Origin: Nitrospina sp. | GTDB taxonomy: Bacteria; Nitrospinota; Nitrospinia; Nitrospinales; VA-1 | Assembly: GCA_018702695.1 (NCBI GenBank) | Contig: JABIYR010000072.1 | Span: 1 to 61,617, forward strand | Direction: 5' to 3' | Length of the DNA stretch: 61,617 nucleotides | In this document: positions 1-9,732 of the stretch, piece after piece | How the letters are laid out: every line of letters starts with the position of its first letter | How positions within the stretch are numbered: the first letter of the stretch is position 1 | The notes under the pieces: model-generated | Databases searched by the model: none | Told to the model about the DNA's origin: nothing | The model's input: only the letters and a program-made list of their open reading frames with translations | Translations under genes and position numbers: made by a program

Positions 1-141
1 AAAGGTGGCGAGTTCATTACAATACCAAGAGGCCACATACCAGCTTAGGCTATCGACCTCCAGCACCCGAGGTCATCATGTTGCCAAAGATGAATGTGAA
101 AAATGAACTCTAAAAATGGACTAACTAACGGGGTTTGGTCA
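1..141 (+). mobile_element. Right end of an IS3-family insertion sequence (transposase C-terminus plus right inverted repeat), truncated by the window
   Basis: Frame 3..113 reads RWRVHYNTKRPHTSLGYRPPAPEV...L*, the WRxxYNxxRPHxSLGYxPP motif of IS3 OrfB. It is followed by ...GGGGTTTGGTCA ending in CA at 141, typical of IS3/IS407-group ends. Confidence 0.8.
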
Positions 142-207
142 TGCCTACATAGTGCCTACACAAAGAAAAAAGGGTTACGCCTTAAAGACATAACCCCATG
201 ATATATA

Positions 208-254
208 TGGTGAGCCGTCTCGGGGTCGAACCTAGGACCTACTGATTAAGAGTT
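208..254 (-). other. 3' half of tRNA-Lys(CTT), att-like site; not a complete tRNA
   Basis: Minus strand reads CT-CTT-AA TCAGT AGGTC CTAGG TTCGACC CCGAG ACGGCTC A CCA. No 5' half or D-arm upstream; one T-stem mismatch. Confidence 0.75.
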
Positions 255-559
255 AAATTTTGAAGGGGTCAAGTGCACTCTTGCCTACAAGTTACTTTCA
301 GAGGAATATATTTTTTTCTCAGTGCCTTATCCGATATTGACGTTGCTTTGTAATTCAAACAATCTGCACCCACTGTACGATAAGAGGTGCAACCGAAATG
401 ACGGCCTATCTTTGAATGTTTCAGACCCGACAATACCATCTGGCGCGCAATATTTGCAGTGCCAGGCTTCCCATTTAAATCGCCGACCCCATTTCTAGAA
501 GCGCAACGGGGCAGGGAAACACAAAAAGGCATCGACCTATTCCCCCTCACGGGAGTGAG

Positions 560-811
560 CTAGCGGTAGGGCATTTTGTTGCCTTGCAATTGTTTTTCTA
601 TATCAGCTTCGAACTGGTTTTCGACGCGGACGAATTCTTCGAATTCACGTGGGCTTTTGAATTCAAAGACTTTGGGTTCTTTTTGTCCGCAGATTTCTTC
701 GTCTTGTTCGACGGTGAGCATATTGTTTTCTACCGAACGGATCACGAATTTTTTCCGCGTTTTAAACTTTTCGAAAATTTCTTGATAGACGGGTTCTAGA
801 TTGAGGGCCAT
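560..811 (-). CDS. Small hypothetical protein (83 aa)
   Basis: ATG preceded by GGAG; protein-like charged composition; overlapping + strand ORFs look like shadows. Confidence 0.7.
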   Translation of the reverse strand: MALNLEPVYQEIFEKFKTRKKFVIRSVENNMLTVEQDEEICGQKEPKVFEFKSPREFEEFVRVENQFEADIEKQLQGNKMPYR

Positions 812-1089
812 GCAAGGTCTCCTGCCATAAAATATGTGATTATTGATCTTAGAATACTAACTTCCCCGAATGGCGAAATCAAACAAATTGGATTTTTTTA
901 TTAGATTGCAAATCCACGACTTAACACAATAAAAAAAATATGCTAATCTGTGCGCATTGAGGTTTGGAAAACCCCAATGACCTTCAGTGAGAGGATTCTA
1001 CCCTTATTCTTCTCCACCAGCGATCCTCTCCTGAGTTTTATCTCTCTAATAAAATTCTTTATGGACCTCTTTCAACTCCACGACTGATT

Positions 1090-2535
1090 ATGGCAAATCG
1101 AATTTCTCTCAACCGACTGGCAGAAACTTTAATTTCAGAGTCGAAAACCCCTTTCAATTCCGAAGATTTTGCAAAAAATCTGGAGATAAAATGGGAGAAG
1201 GAAATTAAAGGTTCGACGATGAAGCGCCTGAATAAGGTTTTGCTCAACCATGCTTCGCTGATTGGAATTGAAGATCATAATTTTGTTCCTTTTCGGGCAG
1301 TGGTAGAAAAAATTCGTCATGTTGCGTTATCAGTTCAGTTAGGGGCTTGGGAGTTGAAACAAGGCATCTTGATTCCGGGGCATCGCTTGATTCCCTTTTT
1401 ACCTGTAGATATAGAAGAGAATGCCTTGACCTTTCTGGACCCAGATGGCAACGAGATCCCCAAACTAAAAAAATCTTATTATATTCAAGACATTGTCCCT
1501 TTTTATCAGTATTGCGCCCGCTTCCCAGAGGAAATCAAGATCAACGAATGGATTCCGGGGAAGAGTTGCATGACGGTTACGGCTTGGGACATGCAGTCGT
1601 TATATAAGAAGTTTTCGTCGCGAGCGGGCGATGCATTGTTGCTCGATCTGATCGATTATGAAAAAGGCATTTATCAGGTGCGCTCGTATTCTTCTAGACA
1701 ACATCGGTTGGACAAGTTGCGCATGCGCGCACTGTATATTGCTTTGGCCACGCAAATGGACCCGCTTTGTCAGGATGACAGTTTTTGTTCTATTGGTTTA
1801 GAAAAACAATTATTGCGCATTCTTTTCTCTGTTGATTCTAAGGTGTTTCGTGAGGTCGAAGTGTTTTCTATCACCGACTTTTTGGAATCGCTCAAAGAAT
1901 GGACGGTGGTCGGTTGTGAGGCCGGGGGCGTGCAAATGGTTCCGGTATGGCAGACAGACCCAGGGCCTTTTATTCGCGTTGATGCCAACCGGGCGGTGAA
2001 GGGGGAACTGAGTTCGCTGAACAAAATATTTCAGGACCTGCAATTGTCTTTTGATGCGTTGGAGTTTAAGTCCATACTTTATACGGTCATGGCTTCGGAC
2101 AAATATAAGCTGGAATCGGTATTTTTTCTGTTGTTCGGCGGGCAGGGAGATTTGTTCACCGATAAAAAACAGCATGAGGTATTTTACGGTTATCTGCGTG
2201 AGTTGTTGTTCAAAATCTGTGAAGATCTGAAAACGCGCGAATCTTATATGGTGGCGAATTTGCGCGAGCAATGTGTGGACATCAAATTGAGTCTGGTCGG
2301 AGTTTTGCGGTTTTTGGAGGATCAGGAAGTCGGTCTGGAAGATTTGCCCGCAGACTTATTGAACCAAATCATCGAACTGGATAATTTTTGCAACGATGTG
2401 CTACACCAGTTTGCCGCACGAGATCAGCCACTTGACCTGAAATTCATCCGTGACATTCGCATTGCCTTGAAAGTCGTGCTCCCCCAGCTCGCTATTGTTG
2501 AAGAGGAAGTGTATTCTCGCCTAGCTATTTATTAG
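1090..2535 (+). CDS. Hypothetical protein (481 aa)
   Basis: Long ORF with normal composition; no motif recognised. Confidence 0.75.
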   Translation: MANRISLNRLAETLISESKTPFNSEDFAKNLEIKWEKEIKGSTMKRLNKVLLNHASLIGIEDHNFVPFRAVVEKIRHVALSVQLGAWELKQGILIPGHRLIPFLPVDIEENALTFLDPDGNEIPKLKKSYYIQDIVPFYQYCARFPEEIKINEWIPGKSCMTVTAWDMQSLYKKFSSRAGDALLLDLIDYEKGIYQVRSYSSRQHRLDKLRMRALYIALATQMDPLCQDDSFCSIGLEKQLLRILFSVDSKVFREVEVFSITDFLESLKEWTVVGCEAGGVQMVPVWQTDPGPFIRVDANRAVKGELSSLNKIFQDLQLSFDALEFKSILYTVMASDKYKLESVFFLLFGGQGDLFTDKKQHEVFYGYLRELLFKICEDLKTRESYMVANLREQCVDIKLSLVGVLRFLEDQEVGLEDLPADLLNQIIELDNFCNDVLHQFAARDQPLDLKFIRDIRIALKVVLPQLAIVEEEVYSRLAIY

Positions 2536-2699
2536 CCTGTCTTTTTTTCCACTAAATACCTTCTAAATAAATGCGCTATTTAATTGGCTCCTCCACGCTT
2601 TTTGCGTATATTTACACTTAATCTGGAAACTTGTGTCAGATTTTTCTGTAGGCAGGTTGCCGTCTTATAATATTGCTGGGTTAGCCGGAGTGTAATGCG

Positions 2700-4982
2700 T
2701 TGAGTTTGCGGCGATGGTTTGGGTTTTTCTGTCTACATGGTTTTTTGCTTGTATCCTCTTTGTGCTCAGCTCAAGGGGATGTTGTTACGGCACCTTCTGC
2801 ACTCACCGATGCTGAAAAGCATTGGCTTTCTACTCACCCGGATATTCGACTGGCTCCAGACCCCGATTTTCTCCCTATTGAATTCATCGATTCGGATGGG
2901 CAGTATATGGGAATCGCCGCCGACTTTGTTTCTCTAGTTGAAAAAAAACTGGGCCTTCAGTTTCAGATCACCCGTCTAAAAAATTGGGACAAAGTATTAG
3001 AAAAAACCAAATCTAGGGAAGTCGATATGTGGGGTGCGGCAACGCCCACCGATCAGCGTTTGGAATATATGCAGTTCACTCAACCCTTTATCGAACTTCC
3101 GGCTGTGCTCATTGCTCGCAACAGCATTGAGGGGAGGCTGACTCTTGAAGAATTAGTGGGGATGCGTGTCTCGGTTATTTCTGGTTATGGGGTTCATGAT
3201 TATCTAGTCAACAACCACCCGGAAATTAAATTGAATGTCGTCCCTGATATTTCTACGGGTTTGAAAAGAGTTTCCTTTGGATTGACAGATGTCATGATTG
3301 CGAACATCAGTCTCGCTACCTATTATTTAGAGAAGGAAGGAATCAGCAACCTCCATCTGGTGGGGGAATCTGGTTTTGTCTATCGCTGGGGGTTTGCGAG
3401 CCGTAAGGATTGGCCCGAGTTGAATCAGATTCTGGAAAAAGGGATCGGTTCTATCAGCGAGGAGGAGAAGCAGGGAATCTACAGGAAATGGGTTGGCCTT
3501 AAAATGGCGCCGGGTTTGAAATGGCAAGATATTCTGGTTCCCATTTTGGTGGGTTTCGCTATTTTGATTTTGGTGGCAGTGATTTTTTACAACCGCCTAC
3601 TTAAACAGCAGGTCAAAACAAAAACACAGGCATTGCAGGATGAGTTAGAAAAACATCGAAAAACAGAAGAAGCGTTGCAAGTATCACACAAACTTTTAGG
3701 TTCGATTCAACTGGCGCAGACCCGGTTCATCTTGGATGCGGATTACAGATTGCTATTCAGGGAGTTTTTGGATGAAATTCTGTCGTTGACACAAAGTCAG
3801 TTTGGTTTCATTGGAGAAGTTCTTTTAAATGAAGAAAACCAGCCTTATTTAAAAACTTTTGCTATCACCGATATTGCTTGGGACGAGTCATCACGCAGTC
3901 TTTACGATAATGTATATGATGTAGGGTTTGACTTTACAAACATGGATACACTATTTGGTGCCGCCATCACCAAGGGCGAAAATGTGATTGCAAACGACCC
4001 GGTCAATGATCCGCGTCGAGGCGGTCTTCCCGCAGGGCATCCTCCGCTTAATTCTTTTTTGGGTCTACCATTTACGCATCGAAATCAGGTGATTGGCATG
4101 GTGGGAATCGCAAACCGACCGAACGGATACGATGGTGAACTGGTTGACTTTTTAAGTCCATTCCTCAACACCTGCTCCAGCCTCCTGTACGCAAGATCGG
4201 TAGATGAAAGACGTAAAGAAGTGGAAGAAGCGTTGGTGAATGCAAAAGAAGATGCTGAAAATGCCAGCCAGGCCAAATCTGAATTTCTCGCGCGCATGAG
4301 CCATGAACTGCGAACCCCGATGAATTCCATTCTAGGATTCGGCCAACTTCTTGAAATGGAGCATAATGACCCGCTTAGTTCTGAGCAGAAATCTAATGTC
4401 CAAAATATTCTAAAATCTGGCCATCACCTGCTGGAATTGATCAATGAAGTTTTGGACTTATCGAGCATTGAGTCTGGGAATCTGAACCTAGCTATCAGCG
4501 ATGTAGAATTGCGTCCGCTGATTGCAGAGGTGACGGGCCTCGTTGCTCCGCTTGCCAACAATGCTGGGGTCACCCTTCACTGTAAGAATACGGAACAGGA
4601 GTTTTGGCTCAGTGCAGATCGAAAACGTCTCTTGCAGATATTGATCAACCTGCTATCCAACGCTATTAAATATAATCAGACTCATGGAAAAGTGGAAATT
4701 GAAGCTCGACGATTGCTGGCGGGGCGAATCGAGATCCGAGTCACCGATACTGGCATTGGCATTCCTCAGAAACAGTTGGATAATATCTTTGACCCTTTCA
4801 CTCGCGTGAATGAAGGTATGTCGAGTATCGAAGGGACGGGAATTGGTCTGGCTATTACCCGGCGATTGGTGGGCCTCATGGGTGGGGCCATTAATGTTAC
4901 CAGTCAGTTGGGTAAAGGAAGCTGTTTCATTTTGCAGATTCCAGAGGGCAAACAGTTATTTCCAGAGCAGAAGGTTCTATAA
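2700..4982 (+). CDS. Sensor histidine kinase: periplasmic solute-binding (family 3-like) domain, TM, GAF, HisKA, HATPase
   Basis: Signal peptide; SBP-like region; TM; GAF (GLPAGHPPLNSFLGLP); H-box MSHELRTPMN; NLLSNAIKY, DTGIGI and GTGIGL boxes. Confidence 0.9.
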   Translation: MSLRRWFGFFCLHGFLLVSSLCSAQGDVVTAPSALTDAEKHWLSTHPDIRLAPDPDFLPIEFIDSDGQYMGIAADFVSLVEKKLGLQFQITRLKNWDKVLEKTKSREVDMWGAATPTDQRLEYMQFTQPFIELPAVLIARNSIEGRLTLEELVGMRVSVISGYGVHDYLVNNHPEIKLNVVPDISTGLKRVSFGLTDVMIANISLATYYLEKEGISNLHLVGESGFVYRWGFASRKDWPELNQILEKGIGSISEEEKQGIYRKWVGLKMAPGLKWQDILVPILVGFAILILVAVIFYNRLLKQQVKTKTQALQDELEKHRKTEEALQVSHKLLGSIQLAQTRFILDADYRLLFREFLDEILSLTQSQFGFIGEVLLNEENQPYLKTFAITDIAWDESSRSLYDNVYDVGFDFTNMDTLFGAAITKGENVIANDPVNDPRRGGLPAGHPPLNSFLGLPFTHRNQVIGMVGIANRPNGYDGELVDFLSPFLNTCSSLLYARSVDERRKEVEEALVNAKEDAENASQAKSEFLARMSHELRTPMNSILGFGQLLEMEHNDPLSSEQKSNVQNILKSGHHLLELINEVLDLSSIESGNLNLAISDVELRPLIAEVTGLVAPLANNAGVTLHCKNTEQEFWLSADRKRLLQILINLLSNAIKYNQTHGKVEIEARRLLAGRIEIRVTDTGIGIPQKQLDNIFDPFTRVNEGMSSIEGTGIGLAITRRLVGLMGGAINVTSQLGKGSCFILQIPEGKQLFPEQKVL

Positions 4983-5051
4983 AAGGCCCCGCTCGAGGAG
5001 ATGAATATTTGAACGTCAAAAATAAATAACCGCGAGGCTGTTAAAAAGAAG

Positions 5052-6380
5052 TCAGAGCAGGGCTTTCCCATTGAGGGAATGTCCGGAGACCTGTTCGATT
5101 TCAACGGTCACCGTGTCGCCAGTTTTTAAGTCACTTCCCTGTATGTTTACGTTCCAATATTGTGGGTTCCTTCCTTTGAAGGCATAGCCGGGTTTGGATG
5201 ACCGGCCTTCTATCAGAACCGCAACCTTCTCACCGATATAAACTTGGCCTTGTTGTTGGCTTATTTGGCTTTGCATGGCAATGGTTTTCTGGAGTCTTTG
5301 TTTTTTGACTTCTTCTGGCACCGAATCGGGTAAGTCATTGGCCGGGGTTCCAGGTCTTGGGCTGTAGGCAAACATATAACTACTGCTGTAACCCACCTTC
5401 TCCATGATTGTCAAAGTGTCTTCAAACGCGGCATCGGTCTCACCGGGAAAACCGACTATGATGTCAGTGGAGAGAGCGATGTCGGGGACCTCTGACTTCA
5501 ACTCTGTCAGCAACTCCAGATATTCAGCAATGGTATGGTCTCGACGCATGGTATTGAGTACTGAGTCGTTCCCACTCTGGACAGGAAGGTGTAAATGGTT
5601 TTGCAGGACATCCAAGTCTCGATAGGCGCGAATGGTCTCGCGGGTGAAATCGTTCGGATGGCTGGTTGTAAAGCGCAATCTTTCTACGCCAGGAATTTCG
5701 GCAATGCAGTATAAAAGTTCATGAAACGGCATGGCTTTTTTCAGTCCACGTTTACCGTATGAGTTGACGTTTTGTCCCAGCAAAATAATTTCTTTCGCAC
5801 CGCGACTCACCAAATGGCTGATCTCCGCAATCAACTCCTCCGGCTCGCGCGACTTTTCTCTACCGCGTGTAAAAGGAACGATGCAAAAGGTGCAAAACTT
5901 ATCACAACCTTTAATGATATTTACAAAGGCGCTGGCCCCCGGTGTTTGCGGGAGGTCACCGGATATCTCGGGAATGGAATAGGCTTTTTCCTGATCAAAC
6001 CCGGTCCATACGAAAGATTTGCCAGTTGTACGCACTCGGTCTACAGCTTGCGCGATGCCTTCTACCTGATCTGGCCCCATCACAAAATCCAGATAGGGCA
6101 TGCGTTGCAGAAGCTTCTTCCCATCTTGTTGGCCCAGACACCCAGTCAGGCCCAATATAAGGTCTGGATTGGCCCGTTTTAAAGGCTTTAGACCCCCAAA
6201 CAAAGAGAAGGTCTTTTGCTCCGCTTTTTCACGAATTGAGCAGGTATTGACAAGTATCAGGTCGGCATCTTCTTTTTCCAAAGTGCGTTGATAGCCGGAA
6301 TGGAACAGTATTAGTTCCATTCTATCGGTATCGGCGACATTCATCTGACAGCCAAAAGTATCTAAATAGACTTGTTTCAT
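5052..6380 (-). CDS. miaB: tRNA-2-methylthio-N6-dimethylallyladenosine synthase
   Basis: TFGCQMN, NTCSIREKAE, radical-SAM CDKFCTFC, C-terminal TRAM. Start moved to the ATG at 6380. Confidence 0.93.
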   Translation of the reverse strand: MKQVYLDTFGCQMNVADTDRMELILFHSGYQRTLEKEDADLILVNTCSIREKAEQKTFSLFGGLKPLKRANPDLILGLTGCLGQQDGKKLLQRMPYLDFVMGPDQVEGIAQAVDRVRTTGKSFVWTGFDQEKAYSIPEISGDLPQTPGASAFVNIIKGCDKFCTFCIVPFTRGREKSREPEELIAEISHLVSRGAKEIILLGQNVNSYGKRGLKKAMPFHELLYCIAEIPGVERLRFTTSHPNDFTRETIRAYRDLDVLQNHLHLPVQSGNDSVLNTMRRDHTIAEYLELLTELKSEVPDIALSTDIIVGFPGETDAAFEDTLTIMEKVGYSSSYMFAYSPRPGTPANDLPDSVPEEVKKQRLQKTIAMQSQISQQQGQVYIGEKVAVLIEGRSSKPGYAFKGRNPQYWNVNIQGSDLKTGDTVTVEIEQVSGHSLNGKALL

Positions 6381-6529
6381 AAGGCAGAACTGTAAGGGAA
6401 TCCCTGGGTTTTTGCAACCGACATTTAACTTCAGCCAAAACACAACAATTGGCAAGGCTGCAAAATGTTAAAATTTAAACAAATTTATAGTAAATTATGT
6501 AAACTATGGTTGAGTTTCTAGGAGTTTTG

Positions 6530-6558
6530 TTGACAAAATCGTGTATTTAAATTATGCT
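6530..6558 (+). promoter_or_regulatory. Putative sigma-70 promoter of the XRE gene
   Basis: TTGACA-N17-TATGCT. Confidence 0.6.
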
Positions 6559-6635
6559 CCATAGTATTCCACAAAAAGTATACAATCAGCAGGCCCATTT
6601 TGTGCCAGAACCATTTTTTAAGGAGGGGAATTATC

Positions 6636-6878
6636 GTGGCCAAAACCAATTGCGTCCGGAAAATCCGTGAAGCAAAAATGATGAGCAAGGCTGAGCTGGC
6701 TCGGAAGGCAGAAGTGACCGTTCAAACGATTGATCGTATTGAAAAGGGAAACGATTGCCGACTCGATACCAAGCGAAAGATCATTTTAGCTCTTGGTTAT
6801 AAGCTGGTAGACCGGACTCGAATATTTGATTCTGAAAATGAGGACTCCGCTCCAACGAACGGAAAAGGAAAACTATAA
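6636..6878 (+). CDS. XRE-family helix-turn-helix regulator upstream of pilM
   Basis: VRKIREAKMMSKAELARKAEVTVQTIDRIEKG HTH; AGGAGG RBS before the GTG at 6636. Confidence 0.85.
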   Translation: MAKTNCVRKIREAKMMSKAELARKAEVTVQTIDRIEKGNDCRLDTKRKIILALGYKLVDRTRIFDSENEDSAPTNGKGKL

Positions 6879-7154
6879 GTAGGGCTGAGCTGTTACCGAG
6901 TGCCAGGTTGATCAAATTGAATGCGATCGCGTCTAGTTGAAAAAAATGGCATTTTATAATTATACCCAAAACGCTTATCGGGGAAAACCTGCAAGACTTG
7001 AGCTTGTTATTCTGATAACCAGAAACAGGCCGGGTTGCCTCCGCATGATTTTTTATGAAAAATGATAAAAAATCAGTCACTTGGGCATATGCTGTCATAT
7101 GACTGAGAGCTAATAAACCTTATTTATTTACTGGTTTAAGTGTTGTGGTTTGAT

Positions 7155-7171
7155 TTGGTACAGAGCTTGCT
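7155..7171 (+). promoter_or_regulatory. Putative sigma-54 promoter of pilMNOPQ
   Basis: TTGGTACAGAGCTTGCT = GG-N10-GC (-24/-12). Confidence 0.65.
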
Positions 7172-7233
7172 TTATTTGGAAGGTTAATAAGTTCTTACTA
7201 ATTGTGATATCGCAGATACTTCCTTAACATTAT

Positions 7234-8379
7234 ATGTTTTTATCGAATAAAACCCAGTTAGTAGCCATCGATATAGGCTCCTCTTCCATCAAGTTGGTTC
7301 AGTTGTCTGAGCTTAAAGGGGGAAAAGGATTTGAGCTGACCCATTTTGGGGTGATGCCATTGGCTGAGGAGAGCATTGTTGAGGGAGTGATTAAAAAGCC
7401 GGAACTGGTGGCACAGGCTCTGCAAAGTTTGCTCAAAGCAGAAAAAATACAAAGCAATTATGCGGCGTCTGCGGTGGCCGGAGAAGCGGTTTTCATAAAG
7501 AAAATAAAAGTTCCGGTTATGCCCGAAGAGGAGTTATCTACAAAGATAACCGAGGAAGCAGGGCAGTACATTCCTTTTGATATTGATGATGTTGCGCTCG
7601 ATTTTCAGATTTTAGGCGTGGTCGAAGAAGAGCAATTGGAAGAGCCTGTGGGTTCAACTGAGAGCGCAGGCGATGCTGAGTCTCACGATGACGCAGAAAA
7701 AGAAAGCCCCGATAGCGTGGGGATGATGGAAGTTCTCCTCGTAGCGGTTCAAAGAGAAGTCATTGACGAAAGAAGCGATATCCTTGTGGATGCGGGCTTG
7801 AAACCTGTTGTCATTGACTTGAATGTGTTTGCGTTGATGAATGCGGCTCAACTTACCCATGACCTGTCAACCTTGGGCACGACGGCATTGGTAGACCTCG
7901 GCGACTCGTTCACCCATATCAATATTGTTCAAGATGGAGCGATGGGCTACACGCGGGATATTCCTGTCGGGGGGGCATATTGCAGTAAAATGCTCATGTC
8001 GAAATTTAAAGTTCCCTTCAACCAGACCCTTGATATTAAAAGAGGAAAATTTGACTCTGACTTAAAAGAAGAAGAAGTCATTGAAGTCATTGCCAAGGCT
8101 TATACAAAAGTTTTGGAAGAAATTCAAAAATCTTTCGAATACTTTGGCACGCTTTCCGGAAACCCGATAGAGAAGGTTTTGTTATGCGGCGGGGGAAGCA
8201 TGATTCAAGGGTTGGATGCATTTTTTGCCGATTATTTGAAGTTGCCCGTTGAGATTCTGAACCCGATGCAAGGGGTCAAAATCAACCCCAAAAACTTTGA
8301 TCAATTATTGATCGATGAGATGGGCAGTTTGTCTGCGGTGGCACTGGGTTTGGCAATCAGGAGGTTCGATCACTCATGA
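7234..8379 (+). CDS. pilM: Type IV pilus assembly protein PilM
   Basis: AIDIGSSSIK actin-like motif, YIPFDIDDVALDF, LLCGGGS; first gene of the MNOPQ series. Confidence 0.93.
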   Translation: MFLSNKTQLVAIDIGSSSIKLVQLSELKGGKGFELTHFGVMPLAEESIVEGVIKKPELVAQALQSLLKAEKIQSNYAASAVAGEAVFIKKIKVPVMPEEELSTKITEEAGQYIPFDIDDVALDFQILGVVEEEQLEEPVGSTESAGDAESHDDAEKESPDSVGMMEVLLVAVQREVIDERSDILVDAGLKPVVIDLNVFALMNAAQLTHDLSTLGTTALVDLGDSFTHINIVQDGAMGYTRDIPVGGAYCSKMLMSKFKVPFNQTLDIKRGKFDSDLKEEEVIEVIAKAYTKVLEEIQKSFEYFGTLSGNPIEKVLLCGGGSMIQGLDAFFADYLKLPVEILNPMQGVKINPKNFDQLLIDEMGSLSAVALGLAIRRFDHS

Positions 8380-9062
8380 TTCGCATTAACCTGCATGACT
8401 ACCGCTACGAGCTGAGAAAAATAGAGACCCAGAAGCGAGTGGTCAAATGTTCCGCTATTATTATCGCGGCGGTTTTTTTGATTCTTGTGAGCTGGTATTT
8501 AGAGCAGATTCGGTTGGATACGGTAAAAGCTGAGACGAAAAAACTACAGTCTCAAGTTGCGGCTTTAAAGAAACAGGTTGAAAAGGTCAAGGCGATGAAG
8601 GATCAAACAGGTCGCCTTGAGACCATCATTGCGGGAATAGAAAATCTTAGGACAACACAGGTGCCAGCCAGCACTCTTGTCGGTGATCTAAACATATTGA
8701 TTCCTGATGACCTTTGGTTGAGCGGTATTATACAAAGGAGCGAAAAGGCGCTGAAGCGAAAGAAAATTCCCAGTATTATGTTTGGCGACCCCAGCCAGAA
8801 GAAAAAGAAAAAAAGAAAGAAGAAGGGAAAAGAAAAACAAATCAACGAGTTTTTAGAGGTCACAGGTTTTTCTTTTAGCGAAAAAGCGGTTGTGGAGTAT
8901 GTGAAGAGACTGCAAGGGCTTCCTTATTTTGACACCGTGTTTCTATACCAGTCGTTACAAGTGACAGGTGAGGGTAAGGAAAAGATGAAAATCAAGAATG
9001 TGAGTTCTGTTTATAAATTTGTTCTGTATTGCTATATGCCGGGTAAGGAAAAAAAGGCCTGA
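8376..9062 (+). CDS. pilN: Type IV pilus assembly protein PilN
   Basis: MIRINL motif, TM, coiled coil, IPDDLWL. Confidence 0.88.
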   Translation: MIRINLHDYRYELRKIETQKRVVKCSAIIIAAVFLILVSWYLEQIRLDTVKAETKKLQSQVAALKKQVEKVKAMKDQTGRLETIIAGIENLRTTQVPASTLVGDLNILIPDDLWLSGIIQRSEKALKRKKIPSIMFGDPSQKKKKKRKKKGKEKQINEFLEVTGFSFSEKAVVEYVKRLQGLPYFDTVFLYQSLQVTGEGKEKMKIKNVSSVYKFVLYCYMPGKEKKA

Positions 9063-9074
9063 CCCATAACAATT

Positions 9075-9728
9075 ATGGAAAAACTGTTTGATAAATTACC
9101 CTACGATGATCTCGAAGGGGTCCAGTTTACGCATTTACTTGCAGGGGCAATAGGTGCTGGGCTGTTATTATTTGTGGTCTATTTTTTCACTTTGTACAGC
9201 GCGACTCATACCGAGTTTGAACTACTAGTCAAAGAGAAGGAGGTCGCCGAGAGAACGCTTAAACGCTACAAGGCGACTGTAGCTAAAAAAGAGTTGGTAG
9301 CAAAAAAACTGACTCGCATAAGAGGCCAGTTTGATGCGTATAAAAAACAAATGCCCGATCAGAATGAGATCCCCAATTTGGTACAAAAGATAGCCACTTT
9401 TGGCAAGTACCGGAAAATCAAAATGGTGGCTCTCACGCTGGGTGAAGGGGCTGTGGGCGGTTTTTATAAGGAAATTCCTCTGGAAGTTCATATTTTGGGG
9501 GATTTATGGGTCGTGTTGGATTTCATTGAGTATATGCAAAACCTATTGCGTCTTGTGAGTTTCGATAACATGGCATTGCAAGGCTTAAACCCTGAGAGAA
9601 AAAAAACGGGTGGTGCGAGACTCGTTATTCCGGGATCCGTGAATATGACTTTTACTGCAAAGACCTATTCTTATTTGGAAGGGGCTGAAAACAAGCTCGG
9701 AGAAAAAAAGAAGAAGGGTAAGAAGTAA
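9075..9728 (+). CDS. pilO: Type IV pilus assembly protein PilO
   Basis: TM, coiled coil, MPDQNEIPNL, FYKEIPL, TAKTY. Confidence 0.88.
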   Translation: MEKLFDKLPYDDLEGVQFTHLLAGAIGAGLLLFVVYFFTLYSATHTEFELLVKEKEVAERTLKRYKATVAKKELVAKKLTRIRGQFDAYKKQMPDQNEIPNLVQKIATFGKYRKIKMVALTLGEGAVGGFYKEIPLEVHILGDLWVVLDFIEYMQNLLRLVSFDNMALQGLNPERKKTGGARLVIPGSVNMTFTAKTYSYLEGAENKLGEKKKKGKK

Positions 9729-9732
9729 GGCT

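Noticed and set aside
208-254. Functional tRNA-Lys gene
   Set aside because: No 5' acceptor strand or D-arm; kept only as an att-like fragment.
269-550. 93-aa minus-strand ORF
   Set aside because: No recognisable motif or clear RBS; atypical composition.
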